NCBI GenBank assembly: GCA_043732015.1
Contig: JAYTIE010000265.1
Location: forward strand, 1-50,182
Length of the DNA stretch: 50,182 bases
Direction of reading: 5' to 3'
Origin: Elusimicrobiota bacterium
Lineage (GTDB): Bacteria; Elusimicrobiota; Elusimicrobia; F11
Position numbers and translations under genes: made by a program. Under the pieces are notes generated by a model. It was not told the origin of the DNA, made no database searches, and saw only the letters and a list, made by a program, of their open reading frames with translations. The first letter of the stretch is position 1. Each line of letters opens with the position of its first letter. This document shows positions 26,826 through 37,210 of the stretch, piece by piece.

Positions 26826-27538
26826 ACCGTTGCCATCTTCTCCTTCATTTCCCGAACCGCCTGACCGATGCCGACCATGAGGGCGCGTGAAACAATTGAA
26901 AAACCGATATTCAGCTCATGGAATGAAAACGCCTTCAGCAGCGTCCCGACGTTCTCGTAATCGATTCCATGCCCAGCATTCACAATCAAACCAATATTTC
27001 TGGCGCGTGTTGAAGCGCTCACAATCGCATTAAGTTGATACGCCGCTCCGGCCTTAAAGTTTTTCGCGTAGGCGCCGGTGTGGATCTCTACCGCATCCGC
27101 TTTCAGGTTCGCGCTCGCGTCCACGGCGGCGTCTGCGGCATCAATGAACAAGGATACTTTCGTCCCCACGCGGTGCAAACGGTCTACAACCGCCTTCAAC
27201 TGAGCCTGCTGCGCCACCACATCCAACCCACCCTCTGTCGTCAGCTCCTGGCGTTTCTCGGGGACCAGACAGACCCAGGCAGGCTTGACCTGCTCCGCTA
27301 GGGCAAGGATGCCTTCGCTGGCCGCCATTTCCATGTTTAAAGGAACAGAAATCTCTTTTTTGAGGCGCCGGATATCCTCGTCCTGGATGTGGCGTCGGTC
27401 CTCTCGCAGATGGGCCGTGATGCCCGTAGCCCCTGCTTCGATCGCCGAAAGGGCCGCCTGAACCGGATCCGGGAAAGTCTCCCGGCGCGCCTGACGCACC
27501 GTGGCGATGTGATCGATGTTGATGCCCAGCAAAGTCAT
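26810..27538 (-). CDS. pdxJ: Pyridoxine 5'-phosphate synthase
   Basis: LGINIDHIATVRQAR, HLREDRRHI, ELTTEGG, NAGHG. Confidence 0.97.
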   Translation of the reverse strand: MTLLGINIDHIATVRQARRETFPDPVQAALSAIEAGATGITAHLREDRRHIQDEDIRRLKKEISVPLNMEMAASEGILALAEQVKPAWVCLVPEKRQELTTEGGLDVVAQQAQLKAVVDRLHRVGTKVSLFIDAADAAVDASANLKADAVEIHTGAYAKNFKAGAAYQLNAIVSASTRARNIGLIVNAGHGIDYENVGTLLKAFSFHELNIGFSIVSRALMVGIGQAVREMKEKMATVCVES

Positions 27539-27551
27539 GAGACGGCTGCTT

Positions 27552-28898
27552 TCAGCGGGAAGCCTGGATCACGGTGTCAGAGATCTCGGAGGCAAAGGCT
27601 TCCAGCTCCTTTTTGTCGGGTCCTTCCAGCATGATCCTCAAAAGGGGCTCTGTCCCGGAATAGCGGACGAGCACGCGCCCATCGTCGCCGAGTGTTTTCT
27701 CTATCTTCCGGATCTTCGCCTCAACGCCAGGAAGATCACCGAGCGGCACCCGCTCCTTCACGGCCAGGTTCTTGAGGACCTGAGGATACTTGCGCATCCA
27801 TCCGATCAAAGCGGAAAACTTCTTCTTCTCGGAACGGAGAATCCTGAGGATCTGAAGCGCCGTCAGCAGGCCGTCGCCGGTCGGAAGGAATTCGCCCAGA
27901 ATAATATGGCCGGACTGCTCTCCGCCCAGAACTGCGCGGGATTCGCTCATGGCTTCAGACACGTACCGGTCTCCAACGGAAACCTCAATGGTCTTCACGC
28001 CAATTTTCTTCAGCGCTTTCTTGAGGCCCAGGTTCGCCATCACCGTGATGACGGCAATGCCGTTCTTCAGCCGGCGCTCTTTTTTCAGCACGCGGGACAG
28101 GAGCGCGATTATGTGATCTCCATCCGCCGGACGTCCCGTCTCATCCACGGTAATCACGCGGTCGCCGTCGCCATCGAATGCGATGCCGATGTGGCACTTC
28201 TTCGAACGAACGAGTTTTGAAAGTTTCTCCGTGTGCTGCGAACCACAACCCACATTGATATTGCGGCCATTGGGCTTATTCCCGATGACATGGACCTGGG
28301 CGCCGAGACGGCGGAAGATGTCGGGACCAAGCGTCGAATTGGCGCCATGGGAACAATCAAGCGCGATCCGGAGACCCGATAGATTGGCGGCGGTTCCCAA
28401 AGTACCGATCAGGAACTGCTCATAATCTTCCGCGAGGTTGTCGGCCGAGACCGAGGCGCCTGAAACCTTTTTCGGGGTGCCGCCTCGGTTTGCGAAGAAT
28501 TTTTTCTCAACCGCGCGTTCCCATTCGTCAGGCCACTTGCGGCCCTGGGCGTTGAAAAATTTGATGCCGTTAAACTGAGGCGGGTTGTGCGAAGCGGAAA
28601 TGACGACACCGGAATCAAAATGATGGGTCTGCACGAGGTAGGCAACCGACGGCGTGGCGAGAACACCCGCGTCGTAGACGGCGATTCCCTGTTCCCGAAG
28701 ACCGCGGCTCAACTGGGAGAGAAGGGCGGGTCCGCTCAGGCGCGTGTCCCGGACAGCCAGAATGCGGAGGGCTTTCTTCCCTGACATTTCCTTCAGCACC
28801 TGGCCCGCGCAGCGGCCCAGCGCAAGCACATCAGCGGGTTTCAGGGGCGACGCGCCCGCTACACCGCGAATTCCGTCCGTACCAAAAAGCTTACGCAT
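27552..28898 (-). CDS. glmM: Phosphoglucosamine mutase
   Basis: FGTDGIRG, ISASHNP, FDGDGDR, GGEQSGH, RYSGTEP. Confidence 0.97.
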   Translation of the reverse strand: MRKLFGTDGIRGVAGASPLKPADVLALGRCAGQVLKEMSGKKALRILAVRDTRLSGPALLSQLSRGLREQGIAVYDAGVLATPSVAYLVQTHHFDSGVVISASHNPPQFNGIKFFNAQGRKWPDEWERAVEKKFFANRGGTPKKVSGASVSADNLAEDYEQFLIGTLGTAANLSGLRIALDCSHGANSTLGPDIFRRLGAQVHVIGNKPNGRNINVGCGSQHTEKLSKLVRSKKCHIGIAFDGDGDRVITVDETGRPADGDHIIALLSRVLKKERRLKNGIAVITVMANLGLKKALKKIGVKTIEVSVGDRYVSEAMSESRAVLGGEQSGHIILGEFLPTGDGLLTALQILRILRSEKKKFSALIGWMRKYPQVLKNLAVKERVPLGDLPGVEAKIRKIEKTLGDDGRVLVRYSGTEPLLRIMLEGPDKKELEAFASEISDTVIQASR

Positions 28899-28902
28899 GT
28901 CT

Positions 28903-29028
28903 TTACCGTCCCATCCCTGGTGGAATGCTTCCCGAAGAATCGATGTAGTTCACATAGGCCCAAAGCAGCAGCGCCAGTCCAAAGGCGATGAGCTTAAGAC
29001 CGAAATTTTCGCTGAGGGCTTTCTTCAC
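28903..29028 (-). CDS. 41-aa CdaR-like peptide (TM anchor only), absent from the ORF track
   Basis: MKKALSENFGLKLIAFGLALLLWAYVNYIDSSGSIPPGMGR; GTG overlaps the cdaA TGA; occupies the cdaR position. Confidence 0.8.
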   Translation of the reverse strand: MKKALSENFGLKLIAFGLALLLWAYVNYIDSSGSIPPGMGR

Positions 29029-29807
29029 GCGTGCGTTTCCGCCGCCACGGGGTCCGGGCCCTTCGTCCTGAAAACGTTCAGCAGCTGCTGGCGGAGCTCG
29101 TCCGGGTCAATCAGCGTCAACCGGCCATCCCGCGCGAACGAAACGTTTCCGGTCTCTTCCGACACACACACCGCCCAGGAATCAGAAACCTCTGTAATCC
29201 CGACAGCCGCCCTGTGGCGGGTTCCGAGCAGCTTCGACAGGGACGCATCCTGGGAAATGGGAAGAATGGCTCCCGCGGCTGCAAGCCGGTTTCCCTGAAT
29301 CACCACGGCGCCGTCATGAAGAACGCCCGGCGGCTGAAAAATTGACAACAACAATTCACGCGTGACTTCCGCGTTTATCAAGGTGCCTGACTCGATATAT
29401 TCCCTCAGGCCCACTTCGCGCTCGATGGCCAGAAGCATTCCCATCTGCCGGCGAGACGCTTCCTTCACCGCCGCGACGATTTCGTTCACGATGTACATTT
29501 CCTGGTGAATACTGAAATGAGACGACGTCTGGCCGCCAAGCCGGGCTAGCGCCGAGCGAAGCTCCGGCTGAAAAACGACCGCGATGACAATGACGCCCGC
29601 AAACCAAAACTTTTGCAACAGCCAGCTGAGCGAAGGAAGACCGATGAACTGGGCGAGAGCCGTGATGGCAGCGATAACGCCGATTCCGACGGCAATCTGA
29701 ACCGCGCGCGTCCCCTGAATGAGAACAAGCACGTGATAGATGAGGAAGCTGACCAACAGAACGTCGGCCGCGTGAACCAGGTACCGACTCCAGACTTCTC
29801 CGATCAT
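29025..29807 (-). CDS. cdaA: Diadenylate cyclase (c-di-AMP synthase)
   Basis: Three N-terminal TMs, FQPELR, LHDGAV, GTRHRAA, SEETG. Confidence 0.96.
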   Translation of the reverse strand: MIGEVWSRYLVHAADVLLVSFLIYHVLVLIQGTRAVQIAVGIGVIAAITALAQFIGLPSLSWLLQKFWFAGVIVIAVVFQPELRSALARLGGQTSSHFSIHQEMYIVNEIVAAVKEASRRQMGMLLAIEREVGLREYIESGTLINAEVTRELLLSIFQPPGVLHDGAVVIQGNRLAAAGAILPISQDASLSKLLGTRHRAAVGITEVSDSWAVCVSEETGNVSFARDGRLTLIDPDELRQQLLNVFRTKGPDPVAAETHA

Positions 29808-29844
29808 CTCCCCTCACTCCGCCGCGGCCTAACCCGCGGGCGAC

Positions 29845-31643
<1,799 letters not shown>

Positions 31644-31647
<4 letters not shown>

Positions 31648-32729
31648 CCGTGAATTTTGATCCTTTTGATGAGTCTTTTTTTCGGGGACCGCGCCTCAGG
31701 CAACGGTCCATGGAACCAATAAAGAGAGGACGACGACGAGCCGCCCGATTTCGAGAGCCGTTCAACGACCCAGCCCTTCCTGAACTGCAAAATCCGTCCG
31801 TTCGATGGGGGTGATTGAATCCAGGCTCTAAGCCTTTCTACGCCGTCGAATGTTAGCAAATCATGTCCGGCCACCCGCCGGAGCAAACGCCGCTGGATGC
31901 CGACCGGCATCCGATCAAATTTCGTGCCATCCATGACCTGACCGCCTCGGTGAAAACGGACCGCTTTCTTGAGGGCTTCTCGCAGAAGGGATTCCCAAAC
32001 CGGCTGCTCATCCCGCGCCAATTCTGCCAACCGGACAAGCCGCTGCCGGAATCCGGGAATGCGGGGCTCCAGCTCCTTAAAGACTTTTAGCCTCACATAG
32101 TTCCTCAGATACTTCCTGTCTCGGTTCGAGGAGTCTTCCCGGTATGGCTCGTTGACGCGCGCCAAGAACGCCCGGAGCTGGTCCCGGGACACCGTCAACC
32201 ATGGCCTTCCAATCTCGACACCCGTGCCAACGTCTGTCCGGAAGGGCAGCATTCCAGAAAGCCCCTCCGGCCCACAACCCCGTAGCAAGTTCATAAAAAG
32301 AGTTTCCGCCTGATCATCCCGGGTATGACCGGTCACCACCAGGGCGCGGGTACGGCGTGCAAGGCCGAACAAAGCCTCATACCGGGCGTCGCGCGCCTTT
32401 TCCTCAAGGTTGCCCGAACCAGACAAAACCGGCCGGCGAAAGAGACGCAGCGGCAACCTGAGTCGGCGCGCAAGCGCCTGCACAAACATACGGTCGGCGT
32501 CGGATTCCGTTCTCCTCAGCTGGTGGTCGACATGGACCACGGTGAGGGAAAGCTTGAGATCCGGTTGGACCGCTTTCAGGGCTAGGACGAGGGAGACGGA
32601 GTCGGATCCGCCCGAACAGGCGACCACCACACGGCGGTTCTTTCGCTGGGACAGAAAATTCCGGAGGAGATCGAGAATTGGCCGAATCGTTGAGGTTTGA
32701 GAATCAACCATCACGCGTTTCAGCGGCAC
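31644..32729 (-). CDS. tilS: tRNA(Ile)-lysidine synthetase
   Basis: SGGSDS, HVDHQLR, ARDARY, GHTRDDQAET, EDSSN, RNYVR; start 32729 or 32711. Confidence 0.93.
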
Positions 32730-32749
32730 AGCGGGGGCCGGAGGAGAAG

Positions 32750-33520
32750 CTACTCGCCCGTGCCGGGGGCGCGGCCCATGCTTCGTTGCGCCAGGTGAGT
32801 GAAGAGAATCAGCGAGCGCGTGGCTTCGATGTCCTGGAACAACATCGAGCTCCCCACCCCTTTGGTCTGAGGAAGGGACGGGTCCGAGGACACCTCGGGC
32901 GCTTCAGGGAAAAGGAGGAACGGATCGTTGGAGTCCCCATGAGCCATGCTGAGGACGGTGATTTCTCGATCGCCTTTGTCCCGGATCATCCGCGCGACAT
33001 TTTCAAGAATGGGAAGAGATTCGTCCCGAAGCGTCTGGAGTCCAGGCAGAAAGAGCTGGTCGTGGAACAGCGTGATGGTCATTCCGCGCTTGCCGTCTTC
33101 GATCTTCACGATGTTGTCGGTGTTCATCGAGCGGTTGCGCATTTTCTCGACGAGCGAACGGCGTGCAGCGATGATGTCGTTCGCGTTATTGGCGAAATCA
33201 GTGGTTCCGCGGCGCTTCAAGAGCGAATCCCAGGTGGCGTCCTGAGAACGCGGGCGTTCTCCGCCCTGCGTTTCCCATTCGAGAATTCTCTGTTCACAGC
33301 TTTTGACGTATTCCTGCGCGGTCTTGTTCTCGGGCTCAATCCGCTGGACCTGCTTGAACAGATCGAGCGCGCGAACGTACTGACGTTCGCTGTAAAGATG
33401 CAGCGCCTCCTCGAGAAGGGGTTTCGAGCGGGGATCGCTGGCTTCCGCGGCCAGAAGAGCGGTCGCGAAGCACGACATCGAGAAAACGAGCGCGAATAGA
33501 AGAGCTGTTAATTTTCTCAT
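32750..33520 (-). CDS. Exported TPR protein with a degenerate MotB/OmpA-like C-terminal domain
   Basis: Signal peptide, one TPR, then RGMTITLFHDQLFLPG...LENVARMI; lacks the canonical peptidoglycan-binding motif. Confidence 0.6.
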   Translation of the reverse strand: MRKLTALLFALVFSMSCFATALLAAEASDPRSKPLLEEALHLYSERQYVRALDLFKQVQRIEPENKTAQEYVKSCEQRILEWETQGGERPRSQDATWDSLLKRRGTTDFANNANDIIAARRSLVEKMRNRSMNTDNIVKIEDGKRGMTITLFHDQLFLPGLQTLRDESLPILENVARMIRDKGDREITVLSMAHGDSNDPFLLFPEAPEVSSDPSLPQTKGVGSSMLFQDIEATRSLILFTHLAQRSMGRAPGTGE

Positions 33521-34425
33521 TTCGTGATCTCCAGACGGATCTGCGTGATGTCGCCACGTTCCGCCGGGAGCGCGACCTTCACATTGAAGCTCGCCTGCGG
33601 CCGGAGAAGATTGGATTCAAGCGCCTTGCGCCAAAGCTGGGCGCGGCGCTGGCCGAGCTCAAGATCCTTGTCAAAGACAGTGATCTCGAACGGCGTCCCC
33701 TCGTACTTCTTGAGCTCGTTCATGAGCTGATCGATGAGAACTTCCAGCGCGGGCGAGAACTCCGCCGCGTTTTCCTTGTAGACGCGCTTGTTCGAGTATT
33801 CAAAGACGATCGTGTTTTCCTTCGTGTAACGAAGGGCGGGCAACCAGATGGGATCGCCGACGATGGTGCGGGAGACCTCCCGCGATTCCTGGATGATCAG
33901 CAACGAGCTGTAAATTTCGTCCGTGCGGAGCATGAACTGGCCCTTGGTCATTCCGTCCCAGGAGATCGGTTCCGGCGGCACGGTGTTGCCTTCAATCTTC
34001 TTCAACAGTTCGTTGTTCTGATCCACGACGATGAAGGTCCAGGTCTCGTTCTCACCAGCCGGCGGCGGCGCGTTGGGGCTGCGGTCAATGATGACCGGCT
34101 GCGGCGGAGGTGGATAAGCCTGCACGAAAAACGGCGGCTTCGGGAATTCAATCATCGACGGGCGGAAGGTCTTCGGGCTGTGGACGTCCATCAGCGCGAC
34201 CTGCTTTTCTTCATCCAGATAACCGAGCTCTTCGCTCAGGATCCAGTCCGTCTGACCGAGGCGCGAGAAAGGAATCACGTCTTTCAGGGCGACGTCCGTC
34301 GCCGGGGCGACCCGTTCAATGGTCACCTTGTCCTGAGCCTGGCCCTTGATCGTGACATCCAGAGGCGCGGCCCACGCCGCTCCTGGAAGTCCCGCCACGA
34401 GAAGTAACCACAATTTTTTATTCAT
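33517..34425 (-). CDS. Exported protein with an FlgD-Ig-like segment and a degenerate OmpA-like C-terminus
   Basis: Signal peptide MNKKLWLLLVAGLPGAAWA; WTFIVVD...ISWDG; LGQRRAQ. Confidence 0.5.
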   Translation of the reverse strand: MNKKLWLLLVAGLPGAAWAAPLDVTIKGQAQDKVTIERVAPATDVALKDVIPFSRLGQTDWILSEELGYLDEEKQVALMDVHSPKTFRPSMIEFPKPPFFVQAYPPPPQPVIIDRSPNAPPPAGENETWTFIVVDQNNELLKKIEGNTVPPEPISWDGMTKGQFMLRTDEIYSSLLIIQESREVSRTIVGDPIWLPALRYTKENTIVFEYSNKRVYKENAAEFSPALEVLIDQLMNELKKYEGTPFEITVFDKDLELGQRRAQLWRKALESNLLRPQASFNVKVALPAERGDITQIRLEITK

Positions 34426-34441
34426 AAACGTCGTCCTCAAA

Positions 34442-35722
34442 TCAATGAAGCGAGAAGTTGAACGTGATCAGACCGACTTCATCGCGATTTACATCCGTCA
34501 ACGGAACAAACTTCCACCGACGAAGCGCCTGGATCGCGACATCGTCGAGCTTCTGGTATCCGGTCGTTCGCCGAACAATGATGGTCGGCTTCACGTCACC
34601 GGCGCTGTCCACGGTGAACTCAAGAACCACCGTCGATTCGATGCCCTGCTGCTGCGCCCACTCCGGATATTCCGGGGCCACCTGCGTGATGATCTTCCGG
34701 TCCGCGAGCGGGCCGGTGATCTGGAACATCTTCTTCTTTTCCTTCGGAAGCGCCTGCTGGATCGGTGCGGCGCTGATGGGCGCCACCGTCGGAACGTTAC
34801 CGATGGCGACCTTCGGATTCGAATTGTTCACGAGCGCCGGCGCCGCCGCCATCTGATAAGTGCCTGCGTCCCGCTTGGCGACCGGAATGTTCCCCGCTGT
34901 CGCGCTGGGGCCCGTGCCGCCAATCTGGGTCGGCGCGGCGTCCCGCGCGATGATGGAATCCCGAAACCCTAGTTTCTGCGACGCGATTTCCGGCACCGCG
35001 CCGATGCGCCCCTTGTCGGACTTCTGTGCGCCGGGGGCCGAAAATTTTTCCGTGCTGGCCTGAGCGCCGGTCCGGATGGCGAGCACCGGGGCCGCGCCCG
35101 CGAGAGACGGCCCCTTGCTGTCATCAATGCTTGAAAGCTTTTCGTTCTGGCTCACAAGAAACTTCCCGCGGTCCTGCTTGGCCGCGGCGCGGTCTTCAAT
35201 GGTGCCCAGCTTCTGGGCGGAAAGCGGGGCGATGCCGGCCGGCGCATTGTTCAACGCCAGCTGCTTTTCCTTCACGAGCTCCGGATCCACGGCCGTCTTG
35301 AAGCCGGCTTTGGAGTCAAGTTTCTGATCAATGGGCTTCGGAAGATCGAGTTTGGCCTCAAGCGCGATGGGCTTCGGCGCATCGACGGGCTTCGGCGGCT
35401 CGACCACCGGTTTCGGCGCCACCACCGGCGGCGGAGGCTCGCGCTTAACCAGCATCTTCAGCTTGTCCATCAAACTTTGTTCAGCGGGCGTGGGCGCCAC
35501 TTCGGCGGGCGCCTCGACGGGCTTTGCCATCTGCTCCAACAGGTCCACCGCAATCAGGCGTTCGGACGGGGTATCGATCGCCTTCTTGCTGGCATCGATC
35601 TTCATGAAATAAAGAGGGATGTGAATGCCGATGGCCAGCACCAGACAGACGACGTCGAGACGGATGGATGTCCCGTCATCGGACCAGCTGTGCGCGATGT
35701 CAGCAGCGTACGCGTTAACCAT
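34442..35722 (-). CDS. TonB-family energy transducer
   Basis: N-terminal TM with His (LAIGIH), Pro-rich linker, PEYPEWAQQQGIES...LDDVAIQALRRWKFVP. Confidence 0.9.
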   Translation of the reverse strand: MVNAYAADIAHSWSDDGTSIRLDVVCLVLAIGIHIPLYFMKIDASKKAIDTPSERLIAVDLLEQMAKPVEAPAEVAPTPAEQSLMDKLKMLVKREPPPPVVAPKPVVEPPKPVDAPKPIALEAKLDLPKPIDQKLDSKAGFKTAVDPELVKEKQLALNNAPAGIAPLSAQKLGTIEDRAAAKQDRGKFLVSQNEKLSSIDDSKGPSLAGAAPVLAIRTGAQASTEKFSAPGAQKSDKGRIGAVPEIASQKLGFRDSIIARDAAPTQIGGTGPSATAGNIPVAKRDAGTYQMAAAPALVNNSNPKVAIGNVPTVAPISAAPIQQALPKEKKKMFQITGPLADRKIITQVAPEYPEWAQQQGIESTVVLEFTVDSAGDVKPTIIVRRTTGYQKLDDVAIQALRRWKFVPLTDVNRDEVGLITFNFSLH

Positions 35723-36131
35723 TGACCTTTTTCTGCTCCGTCCCGATTGAAATGCTGGTCGCGCCCGCGTGCTTGCACTCGGCGATGAGGTCCGTCAGCT
35801 TGCTGTACGGAACCGTCTTGTCGATGCGCAGAATGACCATGATATCGGGAGACTTCTTGAGCAGTGCCTGCAGCTTTGAGACCAGTTCTTCCGCCGGAAT
35901 GATCTCGGTGTTGAGCGCGATCTTTCCATCCGGCGAATAGGTCACGGAAATGTTCCGCTCCTTGCTTTCAATTGTGGACGCCTGCGGAAGGGCGACCTTG
36001 AGATCGGCCGTGTCGAGAAGCGGAGACGTCACCATCAGAACGATGAGAAGAACGAGGCAAAGGTCGATGACTGGCACAATGTTGACGCCGGAAATCGTGG
36101 GTTCTTCAACGAGAAGCGACGACATCTTCAT
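35715..36131 (-). CDS. exbD: ExbD/TolR family protein
   Basis: VNIVPVIDLCLVLLIVLMV, LRIDKTVPY. Confidence 0.9.
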   Translation of the reverse strand: MKMSSLLVEEPTISGVNIVPVIDLCLVLLIVLMVTSPLLDTADLKVALPQASTIESKERNISVTYSPDGKIALNTEIIPAEELVSKLQALLKKSPDIMVILRIDKTVPYSKLTDLIAECKHAGATSISIGTEQKKVNG

Positions 36132-36559
36132 GACTCTGGTGGCCCTCCCTTCAGGAGAGAGACCTTCTGGGCTCCGCTTTGCTTGGCGAGGTCGAGATAT
36201 TTAACGACTTCGCCGACCTGGATATTTTCCTCGGCGGTGACGATGACCGGACGGTCGGCGTCATCGGCAATCTTGATCGCGATCTGCTCGGCCAGAAACT
36301 GGTCTGACTCGACCGGATTGTTGTTCAGGAGAACGCCGGCCGCTGTGACCTTGATCATGAGCGGATCCGGAGTCTTGTCGTTGTTCTTCTGCGCCTGAAC
36401 TTTCTGAAGCTTGGGCGTCTGGACACGGATCATGGAAGCCATGACCATGGGTGACAGGACCATCAAAACGATGAGAAGAACGAGCGAGAGGTCTGCCAGC
36501 GGGACGACATTGATCTTGTCTGTCTCGCTCTCACCGTCTTCCGACATCATCTCCGACAT
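36128..36559 (-). CDS. exbD: ExbD/TolR family protein
   Basis: INVVPLADLSLVLLIVLMV, AKQSGA. Confidence 0.9.
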   Translation of the reverse strand: MSEMMSEDGESETDKINVVPLADLSLVLLIVLMVLSPMVMASMIRVQTPKLQKVQAQKNNDKTPDPLMIKVTAAGVLLNNNPVESDQFLAEQIAIKIADDADRPVIVTAEENIQVGEVVKYLDLAKQSGAQKVSLLKGGPPES

Positions 36560-36587
36560 TTTGTTCCCCTGACTCTCTTCTGATCTC

Positions 36588-37199
36588 TTATTTGCTGGTA
36601 AGGAAAATCATTTCCTGGCCGAAGATGTCGTTGCTCGACAACGTCCCCTTCATCCAGATGTTGAACCAGTTGTAAATGATGGCCGCCGTGATGGCGACGG
36701 CGATACCGCCTGCGGTCGCGACAAGCGCTTCGGAGATACCCGCGGCAACGATGGTCGGTCCGCCGGAACCTGACAGCGCGAGGTCGCGGAAGGACCGCAT
36801 GACGCCGAGCACGGTTCCCAGAAGACCCACGAGCGGGCAGATGAAGCTGAGCGTTCCGAAGATCCAGAGGCGCTGCTGAAGCAGGGACTGCAGCCGCTGG
36901 TGATAATAAAGGACCAGGCTTTCGCGCTCCGAACGGGCGAGATGCGCGGCATCGAGCTGCGCCACAATTGACTGGCTCACGAGGCTGTTGCCCTTGAGGG
37001 CTTCTTTTTTCGCCTCGGGGAGGTTTCCGGCTTTGACCTGCGCGCGAACGCGGTCAAGAAGTCTGCCGTTGATGCGGCCATAACGGAAAAAGTAGATCCA
37101 TCGTTCAATCGCGACGGCGATGCAGATGATCGAGAAAACCAGCAGCACCGGCATAACGAAGCTTTGGTTCATCAGTTCTTTAAAGGTAAGCGCTTCCAT
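36588..37199 (-). CDS. exbB: MotA/TolQ/ExbB proton channel protein
   Basis: PLVGLLGTVLG, GISEALVATAGG. Confidence 0.92.
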   Translation of the reverse strand: MEALTFKELMNQSFVMPVLLVFSIICIAVAIERWIYFFRYGRINGRLLDRVRAQVKAGNLPEAKKEALKGNSLVSQSIVAQLDAAHLARSERESLVLYYHQRLQSLLQQRLWIFGTLSFICPLVGLLGTVLGVMRSFRDLALSGSGGPTIVAAGISEALVATAGGIAVAITAAIIYNWFNIWMKGTLSSNDIFGQEMIFLTSK

Positions 37200-37210
37200 T
37201 TACTTCCTCC

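Noticed and set aside
26810-26900. glmS ribozyme
   Set aside because: The glmS start overlaps pdxJ, leaving no leader region.
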